Notes under the pieces: generated by a model
Databases searched by the model: none
Told to the model about the DNA's origin: nothing
The model's input: the letters and a program-made list of their open reading frames with translations, nothing else
Made by a program: the position numbers and the translations under genes
In this document: one piece after another, positions 26,301 through 40,252 of the stretch
Position numbering within the stretch: the stretch's first letter is position 1
Layout of the letters: each line of letters begins with the position of its first letter
Source of the DNA: Mobula hypostoma
Lineage: Eukaryota
Direction: 5' to 3'
NCBI RefSeq assembly: GCF_963921235.1
Contig: NC_086108.1
Location: 66,652,001 to 66,716,000, forward strand
DNA length: 64,000 nt

Positions 26301-27524
26301 TTTTTGTAGCACTTTTGGTTGTTACTAGGGGAGAGTATATAAGGAAATTTGAACCACTGCAGGTATCAGAGCTCAAAATTATGGGGTCCAAAGCCAAATT
26401 ATATTCCCCGCTTCAACTATTTAAGTGCCCTTTCAACAGATCTGAAACAAAATTATATACTCACATGATCTCTACTTAGGACTGGCAGGAAAATGTGCCT
26501 CATAAATAGCAGAAATTTCACACTCTCATCACCTCCATTTCAAAGAAACTCAAGGAGCTGATGAAAGGACATGAGGCTGCATACCTGTCAACATTGCTTC
26601 ATTGGGCAACCTGTGTTCATCACTCCAAAAGTAGTCAGTAGATAATGAGTCTTCAGAGTTGTACGCTAAGTGGGATTGTGAGAGAAATGGTGCCCGACGT
26701 ACATGTTAGATGGGTGACAAGAGGAGGACTCCTCACTCTAAAACATCTTGTACTTTACAACCAAGCCACAGAACTTGTGTTAAAACTTTGTGCTTTGATG
26801 GCAAAGACTAGGTAGCATGCTGCTTTTGGTAGTGACGGTGGACCTGGACGATAAACTTACTGTTCAAATGGCTGCCCTGCAGGAGTGTGCTCAACTTCAT
26901 AGCCTGCTTGCCTTAGGACATCAATCACAGTGTTGTTCCCAAGGAAATGACCTGCAACAGAGGATAAGACTTAGTTTACAACATCCCACTAGAATCACCA
27001 ATACACTTCCTGGTGATCAATTTCTGTTTGCTAATAAAATTAAGAAGTTTTAACAGTTCTCAGAAATCAAAGATACAATTGGAGTAAATGATTGCCATTA
27101 TATTGGCAGCATATCAAAATGCTACTGTAGAAATAGTTTATCTGTTTTTCCTAAATCATGAACGTTGAAAGCAACAAGGGAATACACTTCCACATTCAAA
27201 GTTAAACATGCCAATGCGCACTACTACACCACAGTTTTAGTCTGGATCAGGTACTCAAGTCTCTGGAGTGTGAGGTGTATTAGCAGCCTTCTGCTTCGCA
27301 GGCAAGAGTGTGGCCACTGAGCCACAGCTATCGTCTAGACCTACTGAAGACAGCAGTAGCAGACTTGAGAGTGAGCACATCATTGCCACAAAGAAATTCA
27401 CCTGTGTAACTTTAAAGAGGGAGATGGAACTGGAAATGACAGGCAATTCCTTCTTTAACAGGATCACAGAATGATCATGATAATGTAGCATTTCACATCC
27501 TCACAAGGGAAGACTGAAACCTGG

Positions 27525-27765
27525 ACATTTCATTCCCTCTCCCAACCAATTACCTTCCCCCTCACCTGGCTTCACCTATCAGCTTCTAGCTTGTACTCCT
27601 TCCCATCTGCCCTCCTTCTTTTCTGGCTTCTTCCCCATCCTTTCCAGTCCTGAAGAAGGGTCGCAGCTTGAAACATTGACTGTTTACTCTTTTTCATAGA
27701 TGCTGCCTGACCTGCTGAGTTCCTCCAGGATTTTGTGTGTATTACTCTGGATTTCCAGCATCATT
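27525..27765 (+). mobile_element. Penelope-like tail with hammerhead motif (27645-27682)
   Basis: CAGTC-CTGAAGA-agggtcgcagctt-GAAAC-ATT-GACTG followed by the shared tail. Confidence 0.75.
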
Positions 27766-28979
27766 TGTGCTTATTTCTCCCTTTTAACATTTGGCCCACC
27801 ATGAACACTTGCTACACCTTGAACTCTCAAAGGAGAACTTGCAAATGGAAAGAGACAGTTCTGTGGCATCTCCATCCAGCCTAAATCCCAAAGTGCTTCT
27901 TGAAGTTTGTTTTGAAACTTTATGTCAGAAGGGGAGGAGAAAAAGGAAGTGCAGGCTCCTCAGGAGCTGCAGTTCTATGAACCCAAACAGTACCAGGCCT
28001 CCAGTCATTGCTCCCTGCACCTGACAGCACCAGAAGATAAGAGAATGGTAGCAAACTGATGAACTGAGTAATACCTCAGACCTGTGATATATCTGCAGCA
28101 AGAATATGCAGCAATGTTCTGTAAGTTAATTGCCATCTTCAGATGATATTTGAAGTAAGATAGTTTTTGAAACCTCTTGAATGTCGTGCCTTTTCTTGAA
28201 ACCTCTGATTTAATTGTAGTTGATCAGAGGATGGATTGGGAATGGGGCAGTGAATGAGGACTTCTGAAACCTTTCAACGTTGGTGGTCCTTTGAAAAATA
28301 TCTATAAATGCTGGTATCTGTCCTCAGAAAGGCAAGTAAAGCAGTCTTTTTTAACTTTTTAGTTCTCTGTAAAACTTGAATACCTCCATTTAGGATCTTT
28401 CCGCTTCCATTCTGAAAGGGATTCTGTATAACTTTTCTTGGGGATCTGTGAAACAAACTCTGATCTGCCCCGCCATGAAATTTTACCACTAATGATACCT
28501 TGGCAACATAGCAAGTTGATGATCAGCTTCTGAAATTTGAAGAAACTCAGGAGAAGCCCACAAGAGCCATTCCTGCATTTGGTGGGCTGAAACAGAAAGG
28601 AAATTCAGCACTGGGATTTCACGGTCTACCAGCAAGCATTCTTAGTTTGGCAAGCTCATTTTATATGACTTGAAAATCTCATTCCTCTTAATGAAAAGAT
28701 AACGTACATGAACTCAGTAACTTGTGCTTCTATAAAGGACTAATTCATTTGGGGCAATATTTAAGTCATTAATTGGATCTTGTGTGAGTATCGGCCCTAT
28801 ATTGATTTCCTAAATCTGATTGTTTTGCAATGCCTCTCTCTAGAAATTGAGTACTTGTCCATGGTGGATGAAAAAAGAATAGTTTGTGCTTGAAGCCAAC
28901 CATAATTAAATAGACTGACAATACTCAGTGCCCAGGCTCACACATGAAATACGTGTCTTTGTGTCAGATGCCAAAAGGA

Positions 28980-29330
28980 CTACCTCCAGTATCTTGGCAT
29001 ATTAGCAACAGGAGGAAGACTTGGTGGAGTGTTCTGTAAAGTGCCAATGCTCATCTTGTCGGGTGCATATTTCATAGAAGAAAATACAATATTCAGGGTA
29101 TACTGGGTCTGGGTAGTCAGGAAAGAGAGGAGGGTGGTTAAGGACACAATCAAGAATTGCGGACTAGAGGAGTGGGGGAAGAGGATGTTGATGGAAGCAG
29201 GATTGGCTTCTCTTTTGGGGGACAAGTAGGGGGACTGGGATCTTGAATTGGAGATGCTTTAGGAGTTCAATGTTCTTGCTGTGTTTTGAGAATCATGAGT
29301 AATAGCGTTAGTGCTGTGGGATGAGACAAG
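28980..29330 (-). mobile_element. Very degenerate Penelope-like coding remnant
   Basis: Purine-rich segment with scattered similarity to 60100-60460 ('gggtctgggtagtcagg', 'gggggactgggatcttgaattggagatg'). Confidence 0.35.
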
Positions 29331-32300
29331 ACCTGAAGGAGTTATAGTAAGTAATCAACTTACTTGAATGAGGTCCAGGCACAGAACAACATTAATAAAC
29401 GCTGACTTGTTCATAAATTTCCCATGACGGGTGTTCCTCAATACATCGTGCAGTATTTTCACTGGCAATTCATCGGAATAACATTATTTATTCACTTCTG
29501 ATGTGGAAATCTCACCAGATGTCAAGACTAATTTACTGAGCTATGGGACAAACTTCAAACTTCATAGTTTAATCTTTGAAGTCAGATGTTATACTTCTAC
29601 GTCCACTCTCACCTCTTTCCCTTTTGGTTTTCCTGTTTATCCTGGTGAAACTCAACATTAGCTTAAAAAATGTCAACTCATTTCTCTTACGCATACTTTG
29701 TAAATCTCTGTGCAATGGGCTGACTTGAACACTTTGAAACCTTAACTCAAACCTACACTTGCCATCTGGAAGTAGAAGCTACAAGTGCAGGATACAAGTT
29801 TTCTGGTACTTTGCTGGGTTAAGACTTGATTTGGCCATCACCAGTTGGCATACTACTAATGGAGCGATGTTAACAAGTAAGGTTTCCGTTTTCCACTGGA
29901 TGCCTGGGCTATTGGAGCCTGTCATGGCTGGTTGTTCATGCATACTTTCTATTTACCTTGCTGCCTCCCCCCCCCCAAAACTATTCACATATTCTCCTTG
30001 TTGCAGCATATAATGCCTATTATTTCTGATTTTATCTCTAAATGTGTTAGCCATCAGCCATTCCAGTCCCAATCCAAGAAATTCATTAATTTCCATTTCC
30101 TTTCCTGTTTCTTTGCCCACCCCATTTCTCTTATCATGCTCCTTTGTAAATAATGGCCATCTGTTGTATCTCTTGGATTGCAGGAAATATTTAAGAATTC
30201 TAAAGTGGATTGGAGTTTTCCACATATGCTGCTGAGTATTTTGTTTATCTGCTTTGGAAATGGAATTCCAGGCTAACATTAAGGCCAACAGAAAGAAGTA
30301 GCTCAGATTTGAGAATATCCAAATTGGTTAAATTGCTTCTTTGGATGAGATATTATTTGCTAAACTACTTCTCTAACTCGGTGTACAATTCTGGGAATTG
30401 ATTAGTTTTGTCATGGATATATAATCCCCATGAAAGTATCCTATCAGAATGCCATTTTAAAAATACAGTCTTGAGTGTCACTATTTGATTTTAAATGACA
30501 TTTTCACTTTTCTAGAGAACACGTTCCTTCTGAATAAGGGAACCTGTTCCAAAATTCATGCATGTTTATTTTATAAGTGATTGCATTACTGTTACTTCAA
30601 TACCCTGATTAGTGACAAGCCTTTCCTGTTGCAGAACTTTTTGATACCATGACGATCATTGGTAATAGCGAAATAAATAGTGTGTGGATAGCTGTGTATG
30701 GTTACATGAAGAGGTGAAACGAGTAGCCGTTCTTAACTTTTCACTTTCCAGTTCGGCAGTCTACTGCAGATCCTTAAGTGCTGTTCTGATTGAACACAGC
30801 TAATGAAGCACAGGCTATTATGGTACATCATGAGTTTACTCATTCTCCATGAAGGAATCTCTAGTTAAATCAAAATGCCTTTTCCCTATGCAATTCTTTA
30901 CTGGTTTACCCTTTTAAAACGAGGCTGATGGTAGTGGACTGATTATCGCAAGATACAAAGAAAAGATGAAAACATTTATTTACGTAAGGGAAGGTTCCAT
31001 TTCTCATTCCTCTCCATAGTAATGATGAAAGACAAAAATTCTAGCCGATATGTTAATAAAGTAATTAAATGAAAACAAAAGGGGAGAATGGAAGTTTTCT
31101 GTACTCTTTACCATTGAACTCTTATTAGCTCTTTCAGTTAGGTTAGGGTGCTGCTTTGACTAAATTTGTTAAACTGTCATCTCAGATAATAGCCAGATCC
31201 AAGATCTCTGGGTTTGAAGTATATGTTAAAATGATCAATAGAGTGAGAGGGAAAAAAAAATTGTTTCAGTTCACTGACCCAAACTAACTTGGAGAAAGAT
31301 GTCCACATCTGGTCAGGCTTGATCTTAATGTGTGTTTAGAGAAACTTTGATTTCCCCCCCAACTCCCCAAGCTCAGTCTTTGTTCCCAATTTAGATTAAT
31401 CCAGGAACAAATCCAAAACCTATTATATTAATTTATTGTGACGGCTGGTGAAAGCTGTGGCTTAGGAAAGGTCAATGCGACTCCCTGCCTGGGTTTGTCT
31501 ATACATTTCTGATAAATGAGCACAGAACAACAGGCTGGATAGCACATCGGCCTGTGTTACGACTAGCTCTGCCACGTAGGGATGAATCACTCCGCTGGCT
31601 CCAGCTTTCATTGTTCTCCAGCCTGGCAGAACATAGCAGGACAAAAGACACTGAAAAATACTCACATCAAAGCTCATCGCGCACTCCTCTTTGAAGCTGA
31701 ACTGAAACTAAGCTGGGCGATTTGTTCAGATACAACTGAAAACTGAACTACTTTCAGGACACACTATATGCACAATTAGTTCTAAAAAGACAAACATAAA
31801 CACAGTCAGAAGGTCCCTGGTTTATCATGATATTCATACAAAGGATCAAACATAATGTATTTACTGCTAAAACTAGCTGGACATCTCAGATCATGTCTGT
31901 GTCTTTACTGGCCCTCCTGTCAGTGCTTATGCATAGCAAGAATATGCATAGCAAGAATATGCATGCATCATGCTTTTCTAAAGTTCTGACAAAATTGTAC
32001 AACAGTATTGTACAAGGAGTTGAAGTGTATATAAAAATACAACAAATACCTGATGATAGATGGCAGGAAAGAACTTGCGGAAATGAAAAGACTTTATTAA
32101 GCATGCATGCATTGGAAAATACAAAGGAACTACCTTTGAAGTTTAAACCAACTCAATCCTGTAGCAGTCAGTTCGATGCTACTCTCAAAACTCATCTGCA
32201 GTAAAATGGTGATAATTAGTAAGAATGCTGCTTTATAACTATCAGGATGTAATACTAACCTCTCTTAGGATATTTTCGGATAGCATTCGATGACTGCACC

Positions 32301-32514
32301 AAACTTACAGGCATAATGATTTCTAAATTAAAATGCTCATTTACTGCCTAAAAGTGAAGTAAACAAATATCCTATACTTTTGATGACAAAAACAGCTTTT
32401 GGACTATTGGCTATAAATAATAATTCTAGTCCAGAGATGGAGAAACTTACTCTTCTGTGAGTTGCTGTAGGACTCACATTTCCGCTCTCTTGGCTTCTAA
32501 TGGAGAATATTGAG

Positions 32515-33007
32515 AATTATTGAGAATATAGACCTACAGTGGCATGGAATGAGATTAAAGGAGAATACCTCATGTAAGAAAAATCAAATTGGAACTCACA
32601 GAGATGCGTTATTTATTTCCAAGTATATTTTAAGCAGGTGTATTTGAATGTACTCTACAATAAAGGTGCTCAGAAAGTGGTTTTATGTTTCACTGTCACC
32701 ATGGGGCAATCAATGATGTTCCAATCCTCCCACTTCCTTTCTCCCAATTACATTTTTACCTAGCACTGATGTAATTGGGAGAAAGGAAGTGGGAGGATTG
32801 GAACATCATTGATTGCCCCATGGTGACAGTGAAACATAAAACCACTTTCTGAGCACCTTTATTGTAGAGTACATTCAAATACACCTGCTTAAAATATACT
32901 TGGAAATAAATAACGCATCTCTGTGAGTTCCAATTTGATTTTTCTTACATGAGGTATTCTCCTTTAATCTCATTCCATGCCACTGTAGGTCTATATTCTC
33001 AATAATT
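32515..33007. repeat. Perfect inverted repeat: 239-bp arms, 15-nt spacer
   Basis: 32515-32753 is the exact reverse complement of 32769-33007 (checked line by line). Spacer TTTTACCTAGCACTG. Confidence 0.97.
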
Positions 33008-34624
33008 TACTTCCATGACTTTAAAGAAATTCCTGCACTCCAGCTAGTGCAGTGAAGTGTGTTTTCTTAACTGAAACTCTGCTATTATAGTAATTATGTA
33101 ATCGGTATTTTATTGTCACTCTTACTACTAAAGAATGATATTGCAGCGGGATTAAAATAAAAAGTAATTGCTCATTTAACATGTTCAATATGCTTTCATC
33201 CCTACTCCATACAAGAGAACAATGCATAACTCAGCATGATTCCAGGCCACACTGAACATGTCAGGTTCAATCCTTGGTCAATTGGCTTTACTGGAAGCCA
33301 AGGAAATCAGCCAAGGTTCCCATTCCCAGCCAAGTTCCTGTTGAAATGGATGCATAATTAGATGTCTTGTCCGAACTGCATTGCCCTTGGTGACTGCCTA
33401 CACTCACTTTTCAGCATCATGCATGAAGAATTTCGTCATTTGGTGAAAATACAGTGGGGCCCGTGGAGGTGCACATCATCAGAAAAGGTGTGTGTGCCGG
33501 TGTGCCTGTGCGTGTTATGGGGGACTGGAAGTAAAATGCATGGCAGTTTAAAATCATAACCAAATTCTAATCTGACATAGTGAGTGAGGGCAGATATATA
33601 GCACTGAAGTACCTATCATTGATAACTATACTCAAAGGCCAAGTATCTCAACACATCTTTTATTACCCTTGGGTACCAAGTAGAGAAATCGATAAAGTTG
33701 AGAGTAACTTTTGGAACCACTGGAATAGAGAAACAAAACAGATACTTTTTATTTACATTATCACTTTGTGTTTAACCTGCAGGCTAGTGTGTACAACAGA
33801 CCCCATAGTATGAGATTTTCACTGCAACAAGGTGAGGACTCTCCAATCCTCAACAAGACCTGCAACATCACAGCTGCAGGTATTCTTATGTGATGTACAT
33901 ATCATATGTGTGACCAGCCAGCTTATTCTAAGCCACTGTTTCGATTTTTCAAAAACAAATAATAATAATAATAATAATACTTTATTGATCCCGAGTGGGA
34001 AATAAATAAACAGCCTGATATTTTGCCGTAAACCGTATTTTAAGATTTTAAGAGAATGCTACAATTAGCAGCTTTGGAATGGACAAGAATCAGAGATACT
34101 GAATATTTTAAGAATGCTTTGAAGTAAACATGTTTCTGGAGTCCTTTTGAAATACCTTGACTGGCCTTTGTTAGATCGAGTGCGGAACTTCATTCACCTA
34201 TACTGAGCACCATGCTGAACTAGCTTGCTTTTAAGTTGCTTACTGGCAGGCTGCCAGCTTCCGAAAAGATCTTAACTTGCAATTCTCAGAGTAATGTTTG
34301 GGATAAGAAAAGGACAGGTGCAGTTCTACTGATCGTGATACCATAACAAGAAGTACAATTCATTCCACAGTATATGACACTGAGGAACAAACAAAATTAA
34401 AACAAAAGAAAGTCCATTCTTTTATTTCACAAATGACTCAATTGCATTCACAAGGAGGCCTGCAGTGTTCTGCCAGAGAACAATCTGGAAATTGAGGTGA
34501 GAGACCAGGAATACCTCTAATGACTTGTTTACATGCCTTTGTCTGGGATATGCAGTAGAAACTCTCACAATCTCCAGGAAGATCCTGGATATTCACAGTA
34601 ACATGTAATACAGGAAATGCCCCC

Positions 34625-35062
34625 TTTTGGAGTAACTGGGCTTGCATACTCTGGAATTTAGAAGGCTGAGAGGGGATCTTATTGAAACATATAAGATTAT
34701 TAAGGGATTGGGCATGCTGGAGGCTGGAAGCATGTTCCCGCTGATGGGTGAGTCCAGAACCAGAGGCCACAGTTTAAGAATAAGGGGTAGGCCACTTAGA
34801 ACAGAATTGAGGAAAAACTTTTTCACTCAGAGAGTGGTGGATATATGGAATGCTCTGCCCCAGAAGGCTGTGGAGGCCAAGTCTCTGGATGCTTTCAAGA
34901 AAGAGATGGATAGAGCTCTTAAAGATAGCGGAATCAAAGGTAATGGGGATAAGGCAGGAACTGGTTACTGATTGTGGATGATCAGCCATGATCACTGTGA
35001 ATGGCAGTGCTGGCTCGAAGGGCTGAATGGCCTACTCCACACCTATTGTCTATTGTCTATTT
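34625..35062 (+). mobile_element. CR1 3' fragment
   Basis: ORF 34642..34971 (LEFRRLRGDLIETYKI...FFTQRVVDIWNALP), 3' hairpin and (CTATTGT)n tail. Confidence 0.93.
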
Positions 35063-35519
35063 ATTTCAGTATTTGCCTCAAAGAACCATATGTCAGGAAA
35101 ATTCCAGTGCCTTCAAAAGAGGAGCAAGCAAAATCCATGAGATTTCTGTTTAAAGAGCATATAGCAAAGTCGAGGCAAGAGAAGTGATGCCCAAGGCAAT
35201 GAGGTAAATAACAGAATTTCGGTGACTGAATAATTCCACGCAATTGAAGAATAATAAACATAGAGCTGTAATGCATTTTGTAAGTTTTTGAAAGGAGATA
35301 AATTCTCCATTGAGTGTGTTGGTGGTCTTTCTTCCTGAAACGATTGGCTTCCTTTACCACTCTGCTTCTCGCCAATGCTGTTCATGTAAATTTTTGTTTG
35401 ATAAATGTAAGTGTGGCCCTTCAAGCCTGCTCTGCATTCACGATCAGTACAGAGATCATTTCTATTTTGTCACCATATTTCTGCACTATCTCCATATTTC
35501 TTTAGTTGCCTGATGTCCA

Positions 35520-37030
35520 GAAATATATAGATCTTTGTCTGAGTGAACTCAATGACTGAGTCAATGCTACAATAGTGTACACAATGCCTTAGATTCATCA
35601 ACTGCTAAGTAGAAACACATACCCTCATCTCAGTCCTCAGAGGCTTACCCTTGATGCTGAGATTATGATTCTTTGTTCTCACCCTCTCAGCCAAGAGGGT
35701 GCTTCCAACCTGTCAGGTCTTGTAAGAACTTAATATATTTGAATAAGATCTGCTCATTCTTAGACTCATATAGCACAGAAATAAGCATTTGGTCCATAGC
35801 CTTCCAGGTCTTGGTGATTCCAGTGCTTGCCTTGGTACTCATAATAGCTGTGAGACTACCCCCTCAGACTGTGTGTTCCAGTTTCCAGCCACACTCTGGG
35901 TTTAAAAGGTCTTCCTCTAATCTCTCACCCTTACTCTAAACCTATCTTCTCTAGTTCTAATACCTTTCCTATGGTGAAAAGTTTCCCACTATCTACGTTC
36001 CTGGTGACTTCGTATAAGTTTTTCAGGTCCTTCCACATCCTCTTGCACTCCACGGAACAAACGCTTAGCCTGTCCAGTTTCTCCTCATAACTGATAACAT
36101 CCTGGATCAATCTTCTCCGCATCCCCTCCAATGCAATCACAGCCTTTCTACAGCATGGCAACCAAAAGCAGTACACAATACCCCTGCTATAAACTAACTA
36201 GTGTTTTATAAATCTGCATCATAACCTTCCTGCTCTTGTAATCCATGAAGGCAAGAATCTCATATGCCGTAATTACCACCTCATCCACCTTTGCTGCCAC
36301 TGACAAAGATTTCTGGAAACTTACAAAGGTCCCTCTACTCCTGCATATTTTCTAGGCCCCTACCATTCATTGTGCAATCATTAATCCTTCCAGAGTGCAT
36401 CGTCATCCTTAACAAGATTAAATAAAATCCATGTGCCTTTGCTCTGCCCATCTTATCATCTGAACACTAGCAAACCTGTGACCAGTCAACTGGATCTTTA
36501 ACACCTTCCCTCCATGGCCAGTTTACTACACTTATTTTTAGGTAAGCAAACCAAAGTTGCATACAGTACTTAAGGAGGCATCTCACCAAGGTACCAGAAA
36601 TCCTTGTATGCAAGTCCTCTTGCATAAAGACCAACATTATATTTATCTTCCTAATTGCTTGCTAATTCAGAAAGTTGGCTTTCTGTGACGTGTAAATCTT
36701 GACACTTGAGTCCCTTTGAACAACGTTTCCAGTCTTTCACTACCCTGTTCAGTTTTATGCACCAATGGGGATGACCTTATTTTTTCACATTATATTGTAT
36801 TTGCCATGACTCAGTTGGTCATAGCTTCCTCATCATCTTTCTCACCTCCTCCATATTCACAACCCTATCAACCACATTGTTGATAGAGGTCATGAACAGC
36901 CAACGGCTAAGCACTGATCCCTGTGCTACACTACTAGTCTCAGTATGCCAATCAGGTAACAATCTGTTTATTCCCACTTATTGCTATCTGTCCGATAACC
37001 AATTCTCAATCCACATCTGCATATTACCGC
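35520..37030 (-). mobile_element. Old CR1 fragments
   Basis: ORF 35931..36176 (YCFWLPC...SYEEKLDRL). 'gcactgatccctgtgctacactactagtc' is the reverse strand of a decayed GVPQGS motif. Confidence 0.65.
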
Positions 37031-37040
37031 ATCTCCACAA

Positions 37041-37642
37041 GCACCATGGACCTGTGTGAGATCTTACCTCATGTTTCATGTTTTCATGTTTGCTGTTGTG
37101 TGCTGGGGCACCATGGACCTGTGTGAGATCTTACCTCATGTTTCATGTTTTCATGTTTGCTGTTGTGTGCTGGGGCAGCAGGCTGAGGGTGGCAGACACC
37201 AACAGAATCAACAAACTCATTTGTAAGGCCAGTGATGTTGTGGGGATGGAACTGGACTCTCTCACGGTGGTGTCTGAAAAGAGGATGCTGTCCAAGTTGC
37301 ATGCCATCTTGGTCAATGTCTCCCATCCACTACATAATGTACTGGGTGGGCACAGGAGTACATTCAGCTAGAGACTCATTCCACCGAGATGCAACACAGA
37401 GCATCATAGGATGTCATTCCTACCTGTGGCCATCAAACTTTACAACTCCTCCCTTGGAGGGTCAGACACCCTGAGCCAATAGGCTAGACCTGGACTTATT
37501 TCATAATTTACTGGCATAATTTACATATCACTATTTAACTATTTATGGTTCTATTACTAGTTATTATTTATGCAGCAACTGTAACGAAAACCAATTTCCC
37601 CAGGGATCAATAAAGTATGACAATGACTATGACTATGACTAT
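37041..37642 (+). mobile_element. Rex1-like LINE 3' fragment with a 67-bp tandem duplication at its 5' junction
   Basis: ORF 37078..37371 (FAVVCWGS...RINKLI...HPLH) and (GACTAT)n tail at ~37615-37642. 37041-37107 is repeated at 37108-37174. Confidence 0.8.
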
Positions 37643-37789
37643 CAAAAGTTTCCTGAAAATCAAATGCACCACAACCACTAATTTCCCCTTACAAATTCTA
37701 TTAGAAATTCCAGCATCATTTTCTTTTCCTTAAATTCACATTGACACTGCTTAGTCTTTACTCTTCTATTAATCCTTCAAAAGATTGGC

Positions 37790-39530
37790 TTTATTTGTCA
37801 TAAGTACATCAAAACAAGAAGCCTATAGTGAAATGTGTCATTTTGCATCAACCTGGGAGCACTTGCAAGTGTCACCACACATCTGGGCCAACGACGCATG
37901 CCACAGCTAAGTAATCCTAACCTGCATCTCTTTGGAATGTGGGAGGATGCCTGAACACCCGGAGGTAACCAATGCAGTCACGGAGAGAACGTACAGACCC
38001 TTTACAGACAGCCTATATGCTGATTCATCACCCACCACCTTTACTTCAGCCAACAACAGTGGTGTCATCGGCAAATTTAAATACGGCATTGGAGATGTAC
38101 TTAGCCTCACAGTCATAACAGAACTAAGTACACAGCCTTGTGGTCCTGCAGTGTTGATGGTGATTTGTGATTGTGATTGTGGAGGAGATGTTGTTAATCC
38201 GAACTGGTGGGGTCTGCAGTTGAGGAAATCGAGGATCCAGTTGCACAAGGGGGTATTGAGATCTAAGTCTTGTAGCTTATTGATTAGTTTTGAGGGGATG
38301 GTGGTGTTCAATGCAGAGCTGTAATCAATGTAGTCTCTTCCGTAGAGATCATTAAGAGCACCAAGTTTCTTTGAGTTCACCTGGCGGAGAATCTCACCTG
38401 TCCCTCAACACCAGCTTCACAGCAAAGAAAGTCCAGCAGCGTCTCTACTTTCTGCAAAGGCTGAGAAAAGTCCATCTCCCACCCCCCATCCTCACCACAT
38501 TCTACAGAGGTTGTATTGAGAGCATCCTGAGCAGCTGCATCACTGCCTGGTTCGGAAATTGCACCATCTCGGATCGCAAGACCCTGCAGCAGATAGTGAG
38601 GTCAGCTGAGAAGATCATCGGGGTCTCTCTTCCTGCCATTACAGACATGTACACCACACTCTGCATCCGTAAAGCCAACAGCATTATGAAGGACCCCACG
38701 CACCCCTCATACAATCTCTTCCCCTTCCTGCCATCTGGCTAAAGGCACCGAAGTATTCAGGCTTTCACGACCAGACTATGTGACAGTTTCTTCCCCCAAG
38801 CCATCAGACTCCTTAATACCCAGAGCCTGGACTGACACCAGCCTACTGCCCTCTACTGTGCCTACTGTCTTGTTTATTATTTATTGTAATGCCTGCACTG
38901 TTTTGTGCACTTTATGCAGTCCGGGGTAGGTCTGTAGTCTAGTGTAGTTTTGTGTTATTTTACGTAGTTCAGTGTAGTTTTTGTATTTGTCATGTAGCAC
39001 CATGGTCCTGAAAAACATTGTCTTGTTTTTACTGTGTACTGTACCAGCAGTTGACTTGACTTGACTTGAAGAGCAATGCATGCATCTTCACCTCCAGATA
39101 TTCCAGGGTTGAATGAAGAGTCAATGAATTGGCATCTACTGTTGAACTGTTGTGACCGAAGGCAAATTAGAGTGGACCCAAGTTATTCCTCAGGCAGGGA
39201 TTGATATGTTTCCTGACCAACCTCTCAAAGCACTTCATCACAGTGGAAAATAGTCATTGAAGCAGGTTATCATGTTCTTAGACACCCGTATGATTTAAAT
39301 TTAAGCTTGCTTGAAGCAGGTGGGAATCTCAGACTGCTGAAGTGAGAGGTTAAAGATATCAGCAATCCTCCAACCAGCTGATTAGCAAAAGCCTTCAGTA
39401 CTTGGCCAGGTTCACCCTCCAGCAGGATGCTCTCACATCAGCCTCAGAGACTGACATTACAGGGTCATCAGCATTGCTGAAGTTCGTCAAGGTGCCTCCA
39501 AGCTTTGTCAGTGAAAGCACAATGGTCGTG
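37790..39530. mobile_element. Rex1-like LINE (-) with a younger Rex1-like 3' fragment (+, ~38345-39068) and a V-SINE piece inserted
   Basis: Minus ORF 37907..38380 (IDYSSALNT, LCNWILDFL, GPQGCVLS). Plus ORF 38371..38742 (QQRLYFL, ESILSSCITAWFG) ends in (GACTT)n. The minus element resumes at ~39070. Confidence 0.85.
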
Positions 39531-40250
39531 TAACGATTTGCATGATGCTATCACAGCTCAGGGCACTGTCAGTAAGGAGCTTGTATATTATCCCCAGATG
39601 CTCTGGGTACCTCCTGTAATCCAAAGACACACCAGTTGATTGGTCATTGTGACTTGCCCTGTGATTAGGCTAGGATTACATAGGTGGACTGCCGAGCAAG
39701 AGGCCGTAAGAGGCTGCTTCACGCTGTACCACTAAATAAATAAATAAAACAAGACCTAAGGGTAAGATGATGGAACACATACTGTCCTCATCAAGGGATC
39801 AAAAGTGGAAAAACTGAGCAACTTCAGGTTCCTGTGAGTCAACATGTCTGAGGATCTATTGTGGGCCCAACATATCAATGTAGTTACAAAGAATGCATTT
39901 CAGCAGCTATATTGCATTAGGAGTTTGAGGAGATTTGGTATGTCACCAAAGACACTTGGAAATTTCCACAGATGTAGCAGGGAGAGCATTATTTATGGCT
40001 GCATCACCGGGGGTGGGGGCACCGCACAGGACTGAAATAAGCTGCAGAAAGCTGTGAACCAAATCAGCTCCATCATGGGCACCACCCTCCCCAGCATCCA
40101 GGATGCCTCAAAAAGGCTGCATCCATCATTCAGGACCCCCATCACTCAGAACATGCCCTCTTCTCATTGCTACCATCAGCGAAGAGGCACAGCAGCCTAA
40201 AGGCACACACTCAATGATTCAGGGATAACTTTTTCCTCTCTGCCATCAAA
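39530..40250 (+). mobile_element. V-SINE-like fragment followed by a Rex1-like LINE 3' fragment
   Basis: 'ccaaagacacaccagttgattggtcattgtg' is V-domain-like. ORF 39844..40035 (QQLYCIRSLRRFGMS). Confidence 0.7.
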
Positions 40251-40252
40251 CC

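Noticed and set aside
28274..28489. 71-aa minus-strand ORF in unique DNA
   Set aside because: No recognisable motif or convincing splice boundaries; the length is expected by chance.
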